A stretch of 64,000 bases of DNA, taken from positions 1 to 64,000 of the IMG/VR virus record IMGVR_UViG_3300036831_000050; one strand, given 5' to 3'. Of this stretch, positions 63,260 through 64,000 are shown piece by piece (within the stretch, counting starts at the first letter, position 1; every line of letters starts with the position of its first letter). The position numbers and the translations under genes are program-made. Under the pieces are notes generated by a model. The model ran no database searches, had not been told where the DNA came from, and saw only the letters and a program-made list of their open reading frames with translations. The stretch comes from a virus.

Positions 63260-63287
63260 TCTGCACCTGACGATTCGGACTCGTCAT

Positions 63288-63326
63288 GGGGGCGGCGCCT
63301 TTGGTAGGGGCGCCGCCCCTCTTTTT
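63288..63326 (+). terminator. Intrinsic terminator
   Basis: GGGGCGGCGCC/GGCGCCGCCCC stem followed by TCTTTTT. Confidence 0.8.
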
Positions 63327-63347
63327 GTCCAGATAGCGGGATAGCTC

Positions 63348-63376
63348 TTGCGAGCCTTCGGGAACACGTGTACTCT
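63348..63376 (+). promoter_or_regulatory. SigA-type promoter TTGCGA-N17-TACTCT overlapped by SOS-like box GAAC-ACGT-GTAC
   Basis: 17-bp spacing; the box occupies 63362-63373. Confidence 0.5.
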
Positions 63377-63402
63377 CCCGACGGGATGATGAGGACGGCC
63401 GC

Positions 63403-63714
63403 ATGAGCGAGCAGCCAGCGGTGCACCGGCACCCCGAGGCGCCGAAGGTGCACACCGAGCACAAGAAGGCCAACGAGGCCATCGAGAGCTTGCGTGCGGT
63501 GGCGGCCACCCTTCAGCAGGTCGGCAACGAGCTGACCCACACGACGACCGACAAGAAGAAGCTGGAGGAAGAGGTGACCAAGCTCACCGAGCAGGTCGCG
63601 GAGATGGAGGAGCAGGTCGCTCTAGGCGGTGAGGCGCTGGAGGCACTGGAGGACTTCAAGCGTGACCTATGTGACAGGGACGAATTGCTGCAACGAACGG
63701 TGGGGAGGCCATGA
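63403..63714 (+). CDS. Coiled-coil hypothetical protein
   Basis: GAGGA RBS; heptad pattern. Confidence 0.6.
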   Translation: MSEQPAVHRHPEAPKVHTEHKKANEAIESLRAVAATLQQVGNELTHTTTDKKKLEEEVTKLTEQVAEMEEQVALGGEALEALEDFKRDLCDRDELLQRTVGRP

Positions 63715-64000
63715 CATTCGATGACGAGCGCCGGACTCTGGAGCTGGCGAGAGAGTGGAAGGAAGGGCGCATCGTCGCGGTGCACCCGAGCATCGGGCGA
63801 ATGCTCAACTGCGCACTGACAGCCAACGGCGAGGACCCGGTGCCATTCGGGCTGGCCACCAACAGCCAGGCGCCGTCGTTGATCGACCTGATTCGTGGTG
63901 AGTACGAGTGTGCACCACGTGACACATCGGGCGGGAAAAAGGCAGCGGCACGTCGATTCGCGCACCAACTGAGCGCGAGCGTGCATGGGAGGGCACATGT
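63711..64000 (+). CDS. Hypothetical protein, truncated by the window end
   Basis: ATGA-coupled; frame stays open to the end of the window. Confidence 0.45.
   Translation, partial: MTFDDERRTLELAREWKEGRIVAVHPSIGRMLNCALTANGEDPVPFGLATNSQAPSLIDLIRGEYECAPRDTSGGKKAAARRFAHQLSASVHGRAH

Overview
This window is a ~64-kb slice of a high-GC, long-tailed (siphovirus-like) phage or prophage genome. The Rpf domain, promoter style and GC content point to an Actinomycetota host, which is an inference. No terminase, portal, DNA polymerase or primase was recognised, so these probably lie outside the window. Layout: (1) 0.1-26.1 kb, + strand virion operon: major capsid, SGNH/C1q appendage, neck proteins, tail tube, -1 frameshifted tail chaperones, 2075-aa tape measure, Dit/hub, fibres and two Big-1 paralogues. 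(2) 26.2-37.7 kb, + strand recombination/replication operon: SSAP-like protein, RusA, PD-(D/E)XK exonuclease, HTH initiator with internal iterons, DnaB, SSB-like protein and a sigma factor. (3) 37.8-54.6 kb, - strand accessory/early genes: tyrosine recombinase with an adjacent 36-bp palindrome, HTH/basic-repeat protein, methyltransferase, solo RuvB, MoxR AAA + vWA module and ArdA-like acidic proteins. (4) 53.7-56.8 kb, a largely non-coding hinge with a hairpin-rich tract, three copies of a fixed-spacer bipartite motif and a divergent ECF-sigma-like gene. (5) 56.8-64 kb, + strand small genes including a stand-alone secreted Rpf-type transglycosylase, a D-armless initiator-like tRNA mimic (anticodon CAA) and an M23-like protein. 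Window-wide signals are a 17-bp palindromic operator (TGTNGCA-N3-TGCYACA-like) in seven intergenic regions and a strand-specific avoidance of ATCC. All family calls come from motif recognition by eye; no database searches were run.
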